Below, one piece after another: positions 11,052 to 26,000 of a DNA stretch of 64,000 nt (positions are counted from its first letter, which is position 1; each line of letters opens with the position of its first letter). The notes below the pieces were generated by a model. The model was not told the DNA's origin. It did not search any database and was given only the letters and a program-made list of their open reading frames with translations. The translations under genes were made by a program, and so were the position numbers. Source of the DNA: Lingula anatina (taxonomy: Eukaryota > Animalia > Brachiopoda); contig CM120640.1 of the NCBI GenBank assembly GCA_051362555.1, positions 15,810,001 through 15,874,000 on the forward strand, written 5' to 3'.

Positions 11052-14000
11052 TAGAGGATCAGAGAGGCGATACCGCCTCCGAATATTGTACCACCAGCTG
11101 GGGTAAGCGCAATCGTATAGACCCCCACACACACAAAAAAGGGACACCACCACCAGTCTTGTGCTTGACAAGCTGTAAAAAATGCAATCAACAAGAATTC
11201 TCAAAATATGCAAAAAAAATATATAACTAAAAATGGTACAATCAAAGTTCAGTTCATAGTAAGGTAGGTCAAAGGTCAATTTCAAGGTCACAGTAAATTT
11301 CCAGTTCATGACTTCCTATTCAAGTTCAATAGCAACTATGGACCTATCTCTGCCAGTTTTGGAGATAAAAGGGAACCAAAATTTGTAAACTTCAATTCAT
11401 GATGAAAAGTAGGTCAAAGGTCAATTTCAAGGTCACACTTAGATTGCCTCTATTGACTTCTATTCAAGTTCAATAGTTACTATGGGCGTATTTTTGCCAG
11501 TTTTGGAGATAAAAGGGAACAAAATTTGCAAAGTTCAGTTCATGGTTAAAAGTAGGTCAAAGGTCAATTTTAAGGTCACAGTAAATTGCCTTGTATGACT
11601 TTCTATTCAAGTTCAATAGTAACCATAGACCTATCTCTGCCAGTTTTGGAGATAAAAGGGAACCAAAATTTGCAAAGTTCAATTCATAATGAAAAGTAGG
11701 TAAAAGGTCAATTTCAAGGTCACATTTAGATTGCCAGTATATGATTTCCTATTCAACTTCAATAGTAACTATGGACCTATCTCTGCCAGTTTTTGAGATA
11801 TAAGGAACTAAATGTTATAATTTTGGAGTTACAATAATGTGCCATAAATTTCGTACAGAAAAAATTAATTAAAATAAAGAAAAGGTCATTTTGGTCAAAA
11901 TTCTTGAAATGGGAGGTGCTCTGAAGTTCCAGATGTTCAAATTTGCTGAAATAATGTCATTTTTGACCACAAGTTGTCTGCCTCGCCAAGCCTTATGTTT
12001 TATTTTTCCGGAGTTCAAAATTTATTATCCATTACCGTACTGCACATTTTGCTTTCACCACCAATATGTACTTTTTGATACAGCGTAACTCGAAAACCGT
12101 ATGGAATACAAAAAAACGAGACCACCGTCAGTGTTGGGCTTTACATGCTCTACAAAATGCAAAAAAGAATGGGTCTCTAGCATTAACAGTTCCCGAATTA
12201 GAGACAGTTTTCAGTTTCGGTATCTTATGGCCGCTACTCCCATGAAAATGCACCGATTGACCCCTAATTCACGGAGATGAAAGATGACCTGAAGGGTAAC
12301 ACTTTCCAATAATATTATTGGTTAAGTCTGTGTGGTGTCTGAATAACAGGGCAAATAATTTTTTTTTCTTAAAAAAATTCGTTTTTTTGAAAATTTTGGC
12401 CCGTTTGACCTTGAAATAAAGGTCAAAGGTCAAATCCAAGGGCATATTTGAAATATACACATATGACTTTTGGTAAGCCGTCTGTATTTTTCCCATGATT
12501 CCTTCCATAGGGTAGATAATTAGCATTTAATTTTGCCATTTTTAGACAAGGGTGCATTGCAATGAGTGCCACACCTAGACCCCAATACCGACAAAGCCCA
12601 AATTTTACATGGAACGAGTTGAGATTATAGGTGACCTAAATCCAAGAGATGGGTATGGAGGCCCTTACCGTCTAGGAGGAGAAGCGGTAACGGTAGCCGT
12701 CCGGCAGAGCCGCAGGAGCCGGCGGAACGATCCGGACGGGACTAAAACCATGTGTACGGCCAGCGCTAACGCTGGTGGTAGAATAATAAACTTTATTTAA
12801 AGAGGGTAAAACGTGTTAAGTGCACACACTTATCTTACACATTTACTATTTTACTAGACCTCATGTGTAAATATTGCATTATTTGTAGAAATGTTTGTCC
12901 TAACCCAGTCTGTAAATAGCTGCAAAGCTATGTTTCCTTTCAATTAATACCTGACATGAAATAAAATTTATATTTAATTGTATTGTATTGTAGTACCAGT
13001 TGTATAAATGCAATATATGGAGGCACATTTTAAATAAATTAGCATTTTTAGTTAAAATTTAAATAAATTAGCATTTTTAGTTAAAATTAACTATCAAATG
13101 AACTTGTCACAAGAATGCCCCAGTAAGGCCACACTTTTTTATTTTTATGGATGACATCCTCTGGGTACCCCAAAATCGGTGCGAGAGGGCGAAAAAAAAA
13201 AAAAAAAAACAGTCCAAAAAAAAAAAAAACTGCTTAAGTAAAGGAATGCTGTCAGTACACAGCTGGAAACACAAATTTAACCACAGAAACACGTATCAAA
13301 CTAACAATATGTCTTTATCCATGCTCTCAAAATATTAAAGCATTGTGAATACTTCGTAGAAATGTAAAAAAAGTCATGAATTGATATACTTCATATTACC
13401 AAATCTATTTAAGGTTATTTCATGCATTCATTTGGTATAGCAATCAATAAAACAAATATCAATCAAACAGTGTGTCTTTATTTGTATTCTCAGAATATTA
13501 AAACATTTTGAACACTTCACAGAAATGTTTAAAAAATGATGCAAAGATATGCTTAATACTACCAAATCTATTAAAAGTCATTTCAGACGATGCCATTTTG
13601 TCAACTTCAACTCACACGAAGCAGCTAAACTGTCAGGTGGCCTGTCCGACCTTCAGCCCACCAAATACCTCGACGCCCTTGTCGACCCTTTTTTCGCTAC
13701 AGAAAACCTGGTATTAATGTGCTGCTTTATACAGAATGTCACAGAAATGTTTCGGCCGCCGCCAGCCTTTCGCACAATTGTAAAAAGGTGATATCTCCAT
13801 GCCCAATATCAATGGCATACCAATCCAAAACGATGGCGCCCGTTCTCTTTATGACTTTTATTGTTGTGTAATTTGAAAGTAATCCTAGAGATGAATTTGA
13901 CAGCAAAGTGGCCGCATTTCCACGAAGCGAAAATACGCATGCGCAGAAAGCTCATTTCCTTGCAAATTCAATAACAACGTTTGCGACAACCGACTTCGTT

Positions 14001-17000
14001 GGGGGCTGGGGGGGGGGGCTTTTTTTTTTTTTTTTTTTTGGAGAACGGGCGAAAATCCGTGCGCGCGCAGGATGTCATCCATAAAATTAAAAAAGTGTGG
14101 CCTAATTTAGTGTGAAAATTCTTGGAGGAAGTTGTTCTAAGAATTCACTTTTTCAGCAATCTTAATTTGGCACTTTTGGTTTATTCTTGTTTATTTGGAT
14201 TCATATCTTTTCACCTGCATATATTTTGGTGTCCACATAACAGTCAGAGTCACAGCTGGTATCTATGATGGCACACTGGATGTTCTTTGGATAGCACATG
14301 GAGTTGGATCTGTCATAGTAGAAGGACTTGCAATCTTTCATCGCATTACAGGTCCAAATGCACCTATTGTAAGAAGTTGATACTGCTGCATTTGGAATGT
14401 CTCCCCCAGTACAGGAGCCATATCTTTGCAAATAATACTTTCCAGTTCTTACTAGCTCTGAGTGCTTCACATATGTCCATCCACTTCCAACTGGACAGGA
14501 AAATTCTTTCCCTGTAGTAAAATGTAAATGTCAGAACTTTCACTTTTCTATTATACGTACTTATTTACACTCCATCCTGTTCATTGCTGGAGAAAAGTTA
14601 ATTGATACGGTATATACTTGGATACTTTAGAGCATGTATAATAATAATATAATATAATATAAAAATACTGTATTATTTTCATACATTTGGGGTATCTGAC
14701 AAGTGTAAACCATTTAAACAAAGAAAACACCTGCTGCAACCAAATGGGTCATTTAAAAGAAGGACAAAAAATCAAAGGACTACAATGAGAACTAAATTAT
14801 AAAGCCCCTTTTTACATCAAGTGGCACCAGTACATGTATACTTAACAGCCCTGGTCCAATTTGAGAGGTACACAATTTAATACTCTGGCAATTCATGATA
14901 CTGAAATGTACTTGCTTATGTAGATACTATACCATGCCTTACAAGAATTTTCTGCAGGACATTCTTTAGGACTGAATAGGAATTTTATCAGATGTGCTAT
15001 GGGATTCCTATCTACTAGTAGGACGAAATATGTCCTATAGGACTCCTTACAATTTTGGGCCAATTTCTTATAGGACGCCCTATTGTACTCTCTAGCTACC
15101 AGGGCAACATATTGATTTTTCACAAGATATTCACAGATATGTCTTTAGATAAATAGACAGTCATTTCACTCTCTGCCACCCTGTGATGAAATCTCAAGGA
15201 CAATCACTTGGCTGGTAATTATTTGCATTACTGATCATGATCAGGCACTGTTATTTAACAGGCCCAAGTCAAGTCCCCTTGACAGCAAACAAGACAGTTA
15301 ATTGCTCTGATTTTAATCACTTGCTCTTTTGTGACAGACAAAAATAGCCCCTTATGAATAGCTTGTTACTTCAGATTGAAGTTTTTGTGGGTTAGTCACG
15401 GACCAAACATCACTTCCGGGAAATTTACGTGAAAAGTTTCAAGAGTTTGTTTGCAAGTCCAAGACTTTCAAAACTTTCGAGAATACAGCATAAGTCTAAG
15501 TTACAAATTCATGTAAATAGTTACTAACTGTTGTAAGATACAAAGTTTCGGGAATACAGCCCCTGATAAGGAATAAACAATGGGTGAACCTACTCCAGCA
15601 TTTGTTTGAGTAAGCTTGATACATTGCAAGCCTGCATTTTCTTGTGAGGCGACACTGGCTTTCACATTCTTCGGCTCCAGAAACTATACAATAATGTACA
15701 TTTCCAATATCGCCTCCACCACAGTCACCCTCTTTCCACTCGCCATAAGAGGACATCAGCACTAAGTAGAGAATGAAAACTATCTTAACTGAACATATAT
15801 AGATATTACAAATATTCTGGCACTTGATAGATCTGTTAGGGACAGAAATATTATTAGTCAAATATTCAACATTTGCTCTTAAATGTTGTCTTAATGCATT
15901 CTGAAATATTTGCAAACATTTCTAATTATAGGAAATTAAACCATTATTTGTATTTATATACCACTGGCAAAATAAGCTCAACAGATTCTACCCATATGAT
16001 ATCCATGTCTAGTTTATTTGAAACCAATCAAATCACTTCAAATGCTGAAATGGGAGTGCATGCTCAAAAGGGTGTCATGGGCCTGCTGCATTGATACATG
16101 TAATATACGTCTCATCTTGTAGCTTCCTTAAAATTTCTTGCACAGGATGCAAATCATTGTTCATGATCATTAATAAAAGTAAATCAATGTTAATATTTTG
16201 ACTTGTATTTCCTCACCTAGACAATTTCCCCATCTTCCATCTAAATCATAATTGGTTGTGGTGGCACACCATGGCTGGTTATGGTTCACAGTGATACAAG
16301 AATGGTACACAGTGTCCTGATAGATGAATGGTAGGACACATGCCATACCCTCAGAATTCCCACCAAATGTCTTCCTGATTGGATCTGAAATAAAAAACAT
16401 GCACTCAAAAGATTTATTACTCTCAATTTCATAAAGGCATTCATTGGCAAACAAATCAGTTTTCTTAGAAATTCTAATAATTTTCTTTGGTCACTTTAGT
16501 TTATGTACTAGTAGTGATAGTTCCCAGTAAGTACCTTGTGCTTGTATGTCCTATTGAGAAAAACACGATCTATAACCCCATTTTCTAACTTTTATTTTCA
16601 AGTGAAATTCACCAATCTTCATCTCCATTATAATAAATTCGATAATGATAGACTTACAACTGAAAAACAAGCTTACATACATGTAGTACATAATTTTGCC
16701 ATCACCTTTGGATATGGTGACTCTTGGCAAATAAGGGAGCAGTACTGAAATTTCCAAAAATATTTCTTTGTCTTTTTCTAAATTACGTTTTTTTTTTAAA
16801 TAACATATTCTCCTTATGAATGAGAATGACAGAAAATTAAAAAATATCTTAAAACATACAGGATTAAAATTAAACACTTTGACCATAATTCTGCACTTTT
16901 AATGATATATAAAACATTCAACATAATATTTTGAATTCTTTGATAACTCAAACTTACTCATCAAATTTATACAAGAACTAACTAAAACTATACAAATAAA

Positions 17001-20000
17001 TAAAGAAATACATCAGTCACCTAGAAAATACTTCTCAAGCAGCCACCTGTCACTGTTTGAAGTTGGGCTTTCACAAGATTTAGTTTTAAGCCAACAGTGG
17101 TGACTGCTAGGAGCATATGCTATAGATTTACACTCTGGTTTCATGTTACATCTATCTATGCAGTCCTGGACACTGGTCAGATATCCACTTGTTCCTGGAA
17201 TGTCATTCCCTCCACAGTCAGATCCTGTCCGGACAGCATATAATGACTCAGAAACTGAAAACAAATTAAATAAGATAAAAAAATTTTTTAATGCATTTAC
17301 TTAACAAGATTTGTGTCTGTATTCTGATTTTTACAAAAATAATGTCTGAAATTTCACCAAAACAAAGAGACCACATCTGGTTAATCTACATGTATTTAGT
17401 CTTCCAAAATTCTTATAATAAAATACAGACTAAATGGGGACTCACTTATACAGTATCCCCAAAGTCCTCCTGCTGTGTAGCACCAGGGATGGGCATAACT
17501 ATTACCATCAGCTATACACTGGTAGTGAGAGGCTCCACTGAAAATAATTTCAAAAAATCGAAAAAAAAAAAAGGTAAATATATACGTAGTCATGTGTAAA
17601 GTTGAAATACTAAAATCGCTGATATAACACCACCAGCAAAATGGCCATGCTATACCTGGAAACAATAAGTGTCCATGAACATTATATGATAATACATTAT
17701 AACCTTCATTTTAGATAAAGGGTATGTAATCTTTTGTAAGTTCAACTAAGTGGGTAAAAGGTACACTTTTTCAGGAAAGCCCCCCTTCCCACCTGGTCCA
17801 ACCCTTTGAATTTGCAACAATGTAGCTCAATGTAGGTACAGGTCCGCATTTTGGTAAAGGGGGGAGGGGCAAACATTGATAGAAAAACATAAGATATAAA
17901 AACATAAAATGGTTGACAAAGGTATATACTGTAATTGGTATTTATGCTTATTCACTCCTGTGATACCTTAATGTTTTTAATTTCCATTATCTGCATTTGC
18001 TAATCTCTTCTCAGACCAATTAAATTAAATTTGTCACTATAAAACAAATGCAAAAGTGATAACCTCAACTTACTTGTAAGTAAATGGAAATTGGCAAGGC
18101 AATCCATTAGCATTCCCTCCATATGTATAGATATTTTGTGTGACTGGACCTTTCCCATGACCAGCAACTAAAAAAAATGTCAATTTAATAGTCAAGCGAC
18201 TGTATTCAACAAAAAGTGCATCACTGCTAATCAATCTACAGCATTAGTTATGAGAAGTACCACTATTAAGATGTATTTTGTCTCCCACACAAACGGGAAG
18301 AACCAATGTTAACTAAATATTAAAACTCATACCTGTACAGTAGCCCCAGAGTCCATCAGTGTCGTAGTCGGCAGTTGTTCCACACCAAGGTCTGCTCCGG
18401 CCTTCCTCATCCACCAGGCACAAGTACTGTGGTTGGCCTGTAAAATCATGTCGTTTGAAAAAATAATTTGATGGTAATAACCTTATGTTTAAAGAAAGCA
18501 AATTGAAGATTTTTTCTAACTATAATGCTTGTACCAATTTCTCATCAAATATTGACTAATCATGAATATGTAACTGAAAATTAGAAAGACACTAGGACGT
18601 TTAAGCATTCAGGTGGTGATATGATTGAAAACAGTCAAAATTCATTTTTTACCTTTGTATAGATAAGGCCAGTAACAGGCAGCGCCCCCAGAATTGCCAC
18701 CGTTAGTAGGAATCATTGCATCTAAAATATGTTACATGTAAGAGCCAAAAGAGAATAATAACTACAGAAACTTCCTTTATAAGATTCTGTAGTTGAATTC
18801 AAGTATATTCTCAAGTAAAGCATGTCTACAAAATATAAATCATTATCAACTTTCCTTATCTGGTAAAATAACATTTATCTGCCTGATGTGGTTTAAAATT
18901 GGTTTTGATGTTTAAATGATGTTTAAATGCTTAACATTATCTGTACAATTGTTACCACCTAGGCATAAATCCTGATCAGCTTCCATGATTACATTTCCAG
19001 AGAGATGAATATCACTTAATCCATTGAATGCGAAGACATTTCCATAGGTGCTACTGTAACACTGGCCCATTCCATGTGGTTGTAGAACAACATCCCAGAT
19101 ATTGATTCGTGTCATGTAGCCAGTAAAAGACTGGGACACAGAAAAACCTCCTCCTTGAAAATGATATTAAATGGAAAGATCTCAGTAAAAATTTGATAAG
19201 AAAAGATAACATGTTCAAAAATAAAATACTAAAAAATACAACACTTTTTTAAATCAGCCAATGCATTTTCTTTTATTTTGCCTATACCTATGCTGTCCTG
19301 GTCCTGTCCCAGTATAATTGTCCCCCCTCCAGCAATTGTCTGTCCAGTTTGAAGTCCAGTCCCACTTCCAGCTTCTCTACTGTCCACATAGACTGCCCAG
19401 TAGCCATCACTGCTACGCCACATGCCACACACCTGGAGATACAGGTAAAAACAGACTAAGTATAATGTTGGTTTGGTATTGAAAGCCAATGCTCTTTTTG
19501 CTTTAATCCACTGCTTCAGTAACTAAGTTACAGTATCCAGGATAATAGCATTTAAAGAAAGCTCAAAAATATTGTGATGAAACTGGTGATAAATTTTTAA
19601 AGATCTTAAAAGATGAATCTTCTAATATATTTCCAGCTATTCACTTACTAAATATATTTATAAGCATATGTTCATGTGTTTGATTCAGATCATGACCATA
19701 ATTCACTTTGGTACGTTCTCATACCTGGTGCCACATGTTGTCAGTCAGTGAGTTCCATCCGACTGTAGTTTGAGAGTCCAACACAAACAAATGAACAGAT
19801 GATGGAAGCAACATGATCATAAAAGCATTATATGCTGCACTATTGGCATAGGAGAAAGTTGCCATAGCTGTCTGTGCATAGCTGGACATTTTCTGCCAGT
19901 AGCAAACTGTGACCTCAGTTAAGTCAGGGAGATTGACAGCTATTGTAGCATAATGAGATGTATTGTATCCTGGGAAATACAGGGTGGTGAATTTGGGAGA

Positions 20001-23000
20001 TTGGTTTGGGACGTCAAGGCTCCTTGCTGAAAAAAGTGGACATAGCAAACATAAATGCTTTTCAACATTTATTAAGATTTGTCGGTCTACTGAAAATCTT
20101 CAAGTTTTACCATTTTAATTATTAAAATATTAAAATAATGAAGAAGAAAACATAGCAGCAAAGTTGTCTAATTATACATACAGACAAACTTTTACAAATG
20201 AATATATCAAAATAGTTAGTAGCATAATCCTTTTAATTGTGCACTAAAGTTAGCATGGACATTCAAAAAATGTAACTAGCAAGGCCTTCAGTCCCCTGGG
20301 AGTTCAAATCTTGAAAATACCAATTGAAATGCCAACACAAAAAATGAAAAAAAAACTCACAAAAATAAACTGCATAACTTCAAGAAAAAAAAACAAATTC
20401 AGCAGGTTTTAAAACTTTTGATCTGTGTTTTAGTCTCAAGAATCATTAATTGAAATGAGATAATTTCATACATGTAAGTAAGACAGTTTCCTTTTAATGG
20501 TGTTAACAATGAAAAGTGTACGTTGATAATGTCAAGGGCGACAACAGATGCAAGTGATGGCTCATTGTAAAGAAACATTCGTCTATACATAAAAATGAGG
20601 CTTTTCAAAAAATTAAAAAATATTGAAAATGTCAGCATAACTTTGAAGGCAGGCTTCAAAGGGTCTTGTAAAAACACCATATGAAAGTTTTACTTTACAT
20701 TGTGAGCTATATCTGGTGTCAACCTCCTGGGCCATAAGGGCAGATTCTGTTTCCCAACCAACGAAGCCATTAGATAGAGGGAAACCAAAACATTTCCCAG
20801 TGTGAAACTGAATGGTCACATCTCCAGCAGGAATGCCCTCACACATACCATCCACTGCAATGATTAAGATTTGTACATACAATTAGAGAATTTTATAAAA
20901 AAAAATCTTAAAAATCAGATCTTATACATGTAATTACTCTCTACATATGTATATTTATTTATAAATATGTTTATAAACAAGTAATTATGTTTGCAGTAGA
21001 ATTTGTTGGATATCTGAATTCATATATATCTTTTTAAACCCACCAGTCCAAGGCTCAGTTACATGTAACGGGAGGTCATAGTGACCAATTGAATTAGGGA
21101 GCATTCCCATAACCCTATCGTGCTATCTGGATTAATCTAACTGCTCAGGGATTTCCGCTAATATTGCACTTAGTTTCAGTGGCTTAAATGTCTGACACCC
21201 CCCTGGTCACATACAGTTCTTGGGTAAAGTCAGTAAAACTTTGTGGTCCATGATGTTGTTTATGTTGCTTTGCATGGAGTGTGCCAGACAATTAAGATGA
21301 TTACCCTGACCGCACCTTAGCGAGGATCCCTGCTGAGATAGATTGATAAAACATGAACTGAAGCCCATGCAGCTTCATATTACATATTCATTTGCTTATA
21401 TCACCTTACCCCAATTGCAAATCGTTTGTTTGTTTTTTTTTTTTCTGAAAGGTTATAGCCCCACTCCACCCCCAAAAAATTTTGGGGGACTCTTAAGTGT
21501 GAACTTACAGTTTGCTGGTCTGTGCCAATCCCTGGCAGTGTTATCATGGTGCAGGTACTCAATGGTATCTGGATTACCACACTCCATGTTGTTGAATTTG
21601 AAATACCATCTAAAAAATTATGTGAATGGCAATAATGCAACATATCACTTGCAATTCCATCATGTTTAATGTATTTATTGGCTACTGACACATTTTTCCT
21701 CAACCTCAAGTATTTTTTTTCACAATACCTGGTAATGAATGTTTTGCAAATTACTTTCTATGAGAATGCAGTTTTGTCGTGTTTCATGAAAAACATTTGA
21801 CTCTGCCCATCACCATATCATTTTGATAATCATGGATGTAACTGAATTGAGAATTTTATTGAATGACTTAAATATTAAAAATATAAGAATTAAAATTGAT
21901 GTCCCGTGCCAAAGGACGTAACAAAGGGTTTTTCAGTATTTAATACTGCAAAAGTAGACATAAGCCATTTATTGAGTTATTTATATTTCTGGGACATCAC
22001 ACATCATACTCTCTTCCTGATAAGTTAAAAATTTTGTACTTTAGTGGAAATAAACTAAATGCTTGGAGAAAGTGAGATGGTGCTGCAAGCTGAAGTAATG
22101 AAGATATGAAATGTAATCCATTAATTTTTTTGTGTAAGAACAGAAAAATGTAGTAATTATTTATTTTTATTTTTAATTTAAAGTTGCTGGACTGATGTAG
22201 GTTAAGTTCAAATTGGACAAACAATTCTTCCCCTCCCTTACTTTTAATGAAATTTTGAAAAAAAGTTGAATGGACCTTTATATTGAAGAAGAATGACAAT
22301 TAATACCTGACACACATTCCAGCATTATTATATGGTCCTCTCAGGTTACCTATCCACTGGACTCTGAGCGCAGTAAAGTTATGCTTCTTTGGAAATGTTA
22401 CTTCCTGAAAAATCAATGCATGATATGCTTCAACATTAATTTTTCAGCTAATATACATATTTTAAAAGAAAAAAAAAGATCAATATCCCAAGGGATTTCC
22501 AAGTTTTCCATTCCAATTATGTCAACTTCATATCGGCCATGCCTCAAGACACTTTGTAGAAATATAGATACCAATTTCAATTTTAGTCTACTCAACTTGT
22601 ATTTGAATTGATCAAAACTTTTTGCCATTAATCATTTTAAGGAGAAGCGTCCATCTGAAATGTTGTACATGCATGCAGTAAGCCTATGATTTTTAAAACT
22701 ATTTTTCTGTAAGGTCATTTTGTTAAAAAATATAGATTCAAGTATGCCACATTAAAAACATTTCAAACCATTGTTTAGACAACATCCCAATTTGAATGGA
22801 GCATTTATAGTGTAGGTTCATATTAGCAGTATAAATAATGCAGATACTATTACCTGCACAAGACCCTCTCCAACGCCATCAAAATTTACAGGAGTAAGTC
22901 CAAAATGATAATATCGCAAATTATCCACAGGGACCTCAGGGCATTTAGAATTGTCACCTGAAAAGTATAACAAAACTTAACAAATTTCGTCATGTCATTG

Positions 23001-26000
23001 TGGATGTTATTTGTGAGATTGTGAGGATCTGAAGGAAATCTCAAGTCCTGAAAAAGAAATTTTCTTTTCATAACATCCTATTAGATGTGGATTCATTATG
23101 GCCATTAAGGTTGCACACTAACAGGTACTTTTGTAACAAAAGTAAACAATGGTAATAGACCTAGGAGCGGTCAATGAATTCCATTAGCTCTTGTTTGTGC
23201 TATTTGGCCATGTCCGGGTACTTTTATTTACATGTGGATGCAAATGTAAAATGGAAATAACGGTTCTAGAGCATTCATGCTAGTTTGGTGTTGCTTGGGG
23301 ATGAGACAGCGGTGCTAGCAAACAGACAATAGGCTGATTGAAGAAACTGTGCAAAGTTTACTTAATTTTCTACATAATTTTACTTTTTACCAAATAATGC
23401 TCCTATCTCAATCTGTATGCAGATGTAGGGCAATAACTGCCGATCAGAAAGAAAAATATATGGAAAAAGTTTTCTGCGATGATTTTCAGCAGGGATCATT
23501 TAATTGCTGTTGTAAAAGAGATTACAAGTCTAATCTCACATGTACAAATACTAGTAAAACAAAAATAGATCGAAATGAAGCAAAACAGAATTTAAAAATA
23601 ACAGTTAAATACACCAGTAATCAAATGTTTGGGAATTTACTGTGGGGATGTTCAGAAAGAGTTAGGTTGCACTGACTACTGCACAGTAACTCTATGGGGA
23701 CTCTAGCTGAATGTAATCAGATAAATCACACACACACACCTATTAGCGTCGAGTAGGGAACGGAGAGGCAGGTAATTATACCAGTATATTGGAAACCAGT
23801 AGATGAATATTAGTCTGTAAATCTGACTGAATACAGCAAGAGGCCCCATGGAGATGATGTGCATTAGCAACCGAACGACCCCTGTGTGACCACTATATAT
23901 AACTCGCTTACCCATACAATACACTTCGTTCACTTCACAGGAAACGCGACATTTCCCATTTGAGCATCTGCCCGGTTGACAATTGGTTGACAGTGGATCA
24001 AAATAAACTGGGGACTCATTCTGTAATCAAGTAAACAAAGTTATATAAAAAGCAAATAAAAATATATAACAAAGAAAGTAGGATTGTTCTGCACATTAAA
24101 AAAAAAAAAAAAAAAAAAAAGACAAAACCAGTACTTTTCAATAATGATATTGTCTGGCAAACGCGTGCCAATAAGAATTACCACAGTTTGACAGATATAT
24201 ATATATACAGATATTTTCAAAACTTATGGAAAAGGTGTCAATAGCTATAGAAAATTCACTGATATTTACCATCCAATATTTTTCTGCTGACAGTCAGACC
24301 TTACGATATGATGAAGTATTGAATTAGGGGTTTTAAAGAAGCTGCTTTACTCTATAATAGACAAAATTACTTTCAAAGAATGAAAAATATCGGTGAATTT
24401 TCTATAGCAATTGACAAAAGGAACTCCAATCATTTCAAATACATAGCTAATAAAACTATTCAACTATAATAGAAAAGGAAAGTAACATTTATGTAGCAAA
24501 TTCAATAATAGAAAGTTCAGCAGGAAAATGTGTTCATTACTATCTAATAATGTTATAAGATGCAAACTGAAAGAGATGGCCCAAAATTATCTGTGCCTAA
24601 TTATGGAAAGTACACTTAACAGGGGTTTTAAAGAGGTGGTATTTTTTGTTAGGCCACTAACGAAACATTTACTGGGTGTGGTATGGATCACATATGTGGG
24701 CAGGTAGTGATCTTTCAATTTAAAGCAGCCTCCTTCAATAGAACAAGTGTATGACGAAACAAAATATGAAAGATACATCCTCTTGGAAAAATTATGCATT
24801 GTTCAAATTCACAAGGTTGGCACAATGTCTCTAAGAAAACAGAAACTCAGTTAAACTGTAAACATCCGGCCCAAACTTTGTGGCTACTTTGTCCAAAACT
24901 AAGTACATTTTATGATTTTTTGTTCAACTGATGTCAAATTTCAATAAGGTATGGCTATGAGAGCAATGACACCTTTTTATTATACCTTTATGACACGATA
25001 AAGTATTGAATTGGGGGTTATAGAGAAGCTGCTTAACTCTATAACAGACAAAAATGCTTTTAAAGAATGAGAAAATATTCACAGCTGTGCACTGTTTGCC
25101 AAGATATTAAAGTATGTTACAAAATCAATGCACATTAGCCACCAACAGAGTCACTTATCACCTTTATTTTATTGACAGTGCTTGGTTTTGTCTCTTTTCA
25201 TGCCCTATTGTTTTTAGGAGCATTAAAATATTAGATACCTGCAATAAATGCTTTTTTCCCCCTTGTTAAACTTACCCCTGAAGGTCTGACATTGATCAGA
25301 TATATTTCAGTATCCCCCAAGGAGCCACTGCTGTTGACTGTTACGTATACACTGTTAAGAATTGTGTCCGAAAGAAGATGGCAATCTCCAGTTGTCTTGT
25401 TGAACACAGCGCTCTCACAACCAACACTTTGTAGACATTTTAGACTACAGTGCCCCGTGTTCTGTGCATTGTCAGTCAGCAACTCAAAGGATGAATTCAG
25501 AACTTCATGTAAAATAAAATTTAAAAAAGAATGATGCTCTTCATAAACACTGAAATTAAATAAGCCAGTCGCATTAAAAAAAATTTACAACTTGACTTGA
25601 TACAGTTTGGCATGTACAAGTCAATTTTAAAAACTTTTCTGGGGTAATGTTATTAAGGTACGCCCTCCACCCTCTCTCATGTCACATGTACATGTCACAT
25701 CACATGTAATGTAGCATTAATGCTGCAGTTTGGAAGTTTTTGTCTTAAAATGACCAACTGAAAAAAACTTTTAAAACCATATACAAAAGGCTTGATGACA
25801 AACATTGTGCAAAAATAATTTTCTTGTTTAACGTAAAAGTGGAAACCACAAATCTAATCTGGAAATTATAACATACGAAAATATTTACTTTCAATATACA
25901 TATGGAAAATACTTGAAATTTACGCTGGTTTTGAAGTAAGTTGATTGATAATTATTTACTTAAATCCCACTGAAGACAGTCACAAGAATATTCCCATAGT

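Noticed and set aside
14849-15103. CCCTGGT...ACCAGGG-bounded element with TAGGA repeats
   Set aside because: Probably an old DNA-transposon relic, but the TIRs are too degenerate and no TSD is seen.
22960-23050. Extra acceptor (ttttcag|GACTTG) upstream of A exon 4
   Set aside because: No matching donor or homolog in B, and the gene model is phase-complete without it.
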